Shown here piece after piece: positions 63,306 through 64,000 of a stretch of DNA of 64,000 bases (the first letter of the stretch is position 1; each line of letters opens with the position of its first letter). The stretch covers positions 61,690,001 through 61,754,000 of the forward strand of contig OX597819.1 in assembly GCA_951406725.2 (NCBI GenBank), written 5' to 3'. This DNA comes from Octopus vulgaris (taxonomy: Eukaryota). Both the position numbers and the translations under genes were made by a program. Below the pieces are notes generated by a model. The model did no database searches, was not told the DNA's origin, and saw only the letters and a list, made by a program, of their open reading frames with translations.

Positions 63306-64000
63306 TCACCATAGTTTGTAGGTTGTTTTGATTATTGCTTTCGAGAAATGAGAGCAAATCTTCATTTTAAATACCTTGGCCTTCCTGTCACTAGGAAAGG
63401 CATCAAGCCAGAGAAAAATCAGTCTCCACAAACTATGTTTGACCCATGCAAGCCTGAAAAAGTGGATGTTAGTTGTTGATTGTGAAACTGGTGTTTAGGA
63501 AAATACAATGATTCCATTGTGTAGAATACAAAATACTTCATTTGGTTAAGATCTTTACTGATTAAGCAAATTGCAGGATCAGGTTTGAAACAGGTATTTT
63601 CTAAGTGTGCAAATGTTGGTTTTATTGACATTTTTGGTATTAAACTGCCTGAAACTGCCATTGGTTCTATAATACAAGTGACCTGTTTTAAAGCGATTTA
63701 AATTAAAAGCCTTCCATCAGAATTCTATTCTAAGTTGCGTTCCAAATACTTGCTTAATAATGGCAAAATTATTTTACTAAATATATAAATATTTTCCAAA
63801 TTAATTGAAACAAGGGCAGTGTGTTTTAACAGAAATATAATTACAAAAGGGTCAATGAGTAGATAGAGACGAAGTTGGGTTCATGAGCTGGGCATTGAGA
63901 TAATTAATTAAATCAAGCTTTCATTCCATTGGGACACCAGGGTAAGATGACTAAAGATAAGACCTGATAAGTGGGCCTATCCCTTTTGAATTTCAAAGGT

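Larger units (their letters stand above)
55305..64000 (+). other. Alpha-actinin intron 1 (partial, >8.6 kb)
   Basis: Starts at the GTCAGT donor after exon 1; no next actinin exon found before the window end. Confidence 0.75.

Overview
AT-rich, microsatellite- and transposon-saturated animal genomic DNA. The SINE families and repeat landscape most resemble an octopod cephalopod (Octopus sp.); this is an inference. Only one host gene is recognisable: the first coding exon of alpha-actinin (55206-55304, +; [33 protein letters not shown]|GT), with a CpG/ETS/GC-box promoter at about 54.55-54.75 kb and a first intron running off the window end. The upstream 54 kb is mostly decayed mobile DNA: at least three tRNA-derived SINE families (one often as TSD-flanked dimers/trimers), R4/Dong-like and RTE LINE fragments, Penelope-like RT remnants, a DD37D mariner/maT remnant, hAT and mariner MITEs with intact TSDs, a Lep1-like Helitron at an exact A|T site, a solo LTR, a 1.9-kb foldback element and two tRNA pseudogenes. 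The most interesting unexplained signals are structural RNA motifs: four sequence-distinct type I hammerhead ribozyme folds (11706, 47092, 49945, 61327) plus degenerate relatives; three copies of a ~90-nt Pol III-type A-box/B-box/terminal-stem/T-run cassette resembling a vault RNA (31.4-32.1 kb); and long hairpins with + strand-biased G:U pairing (30.0 and 53.5 kb). Nearly all supplied ORFs are microsatellite or SINE artefacts. Repeat boundaries are approximate unless TSDs are given.
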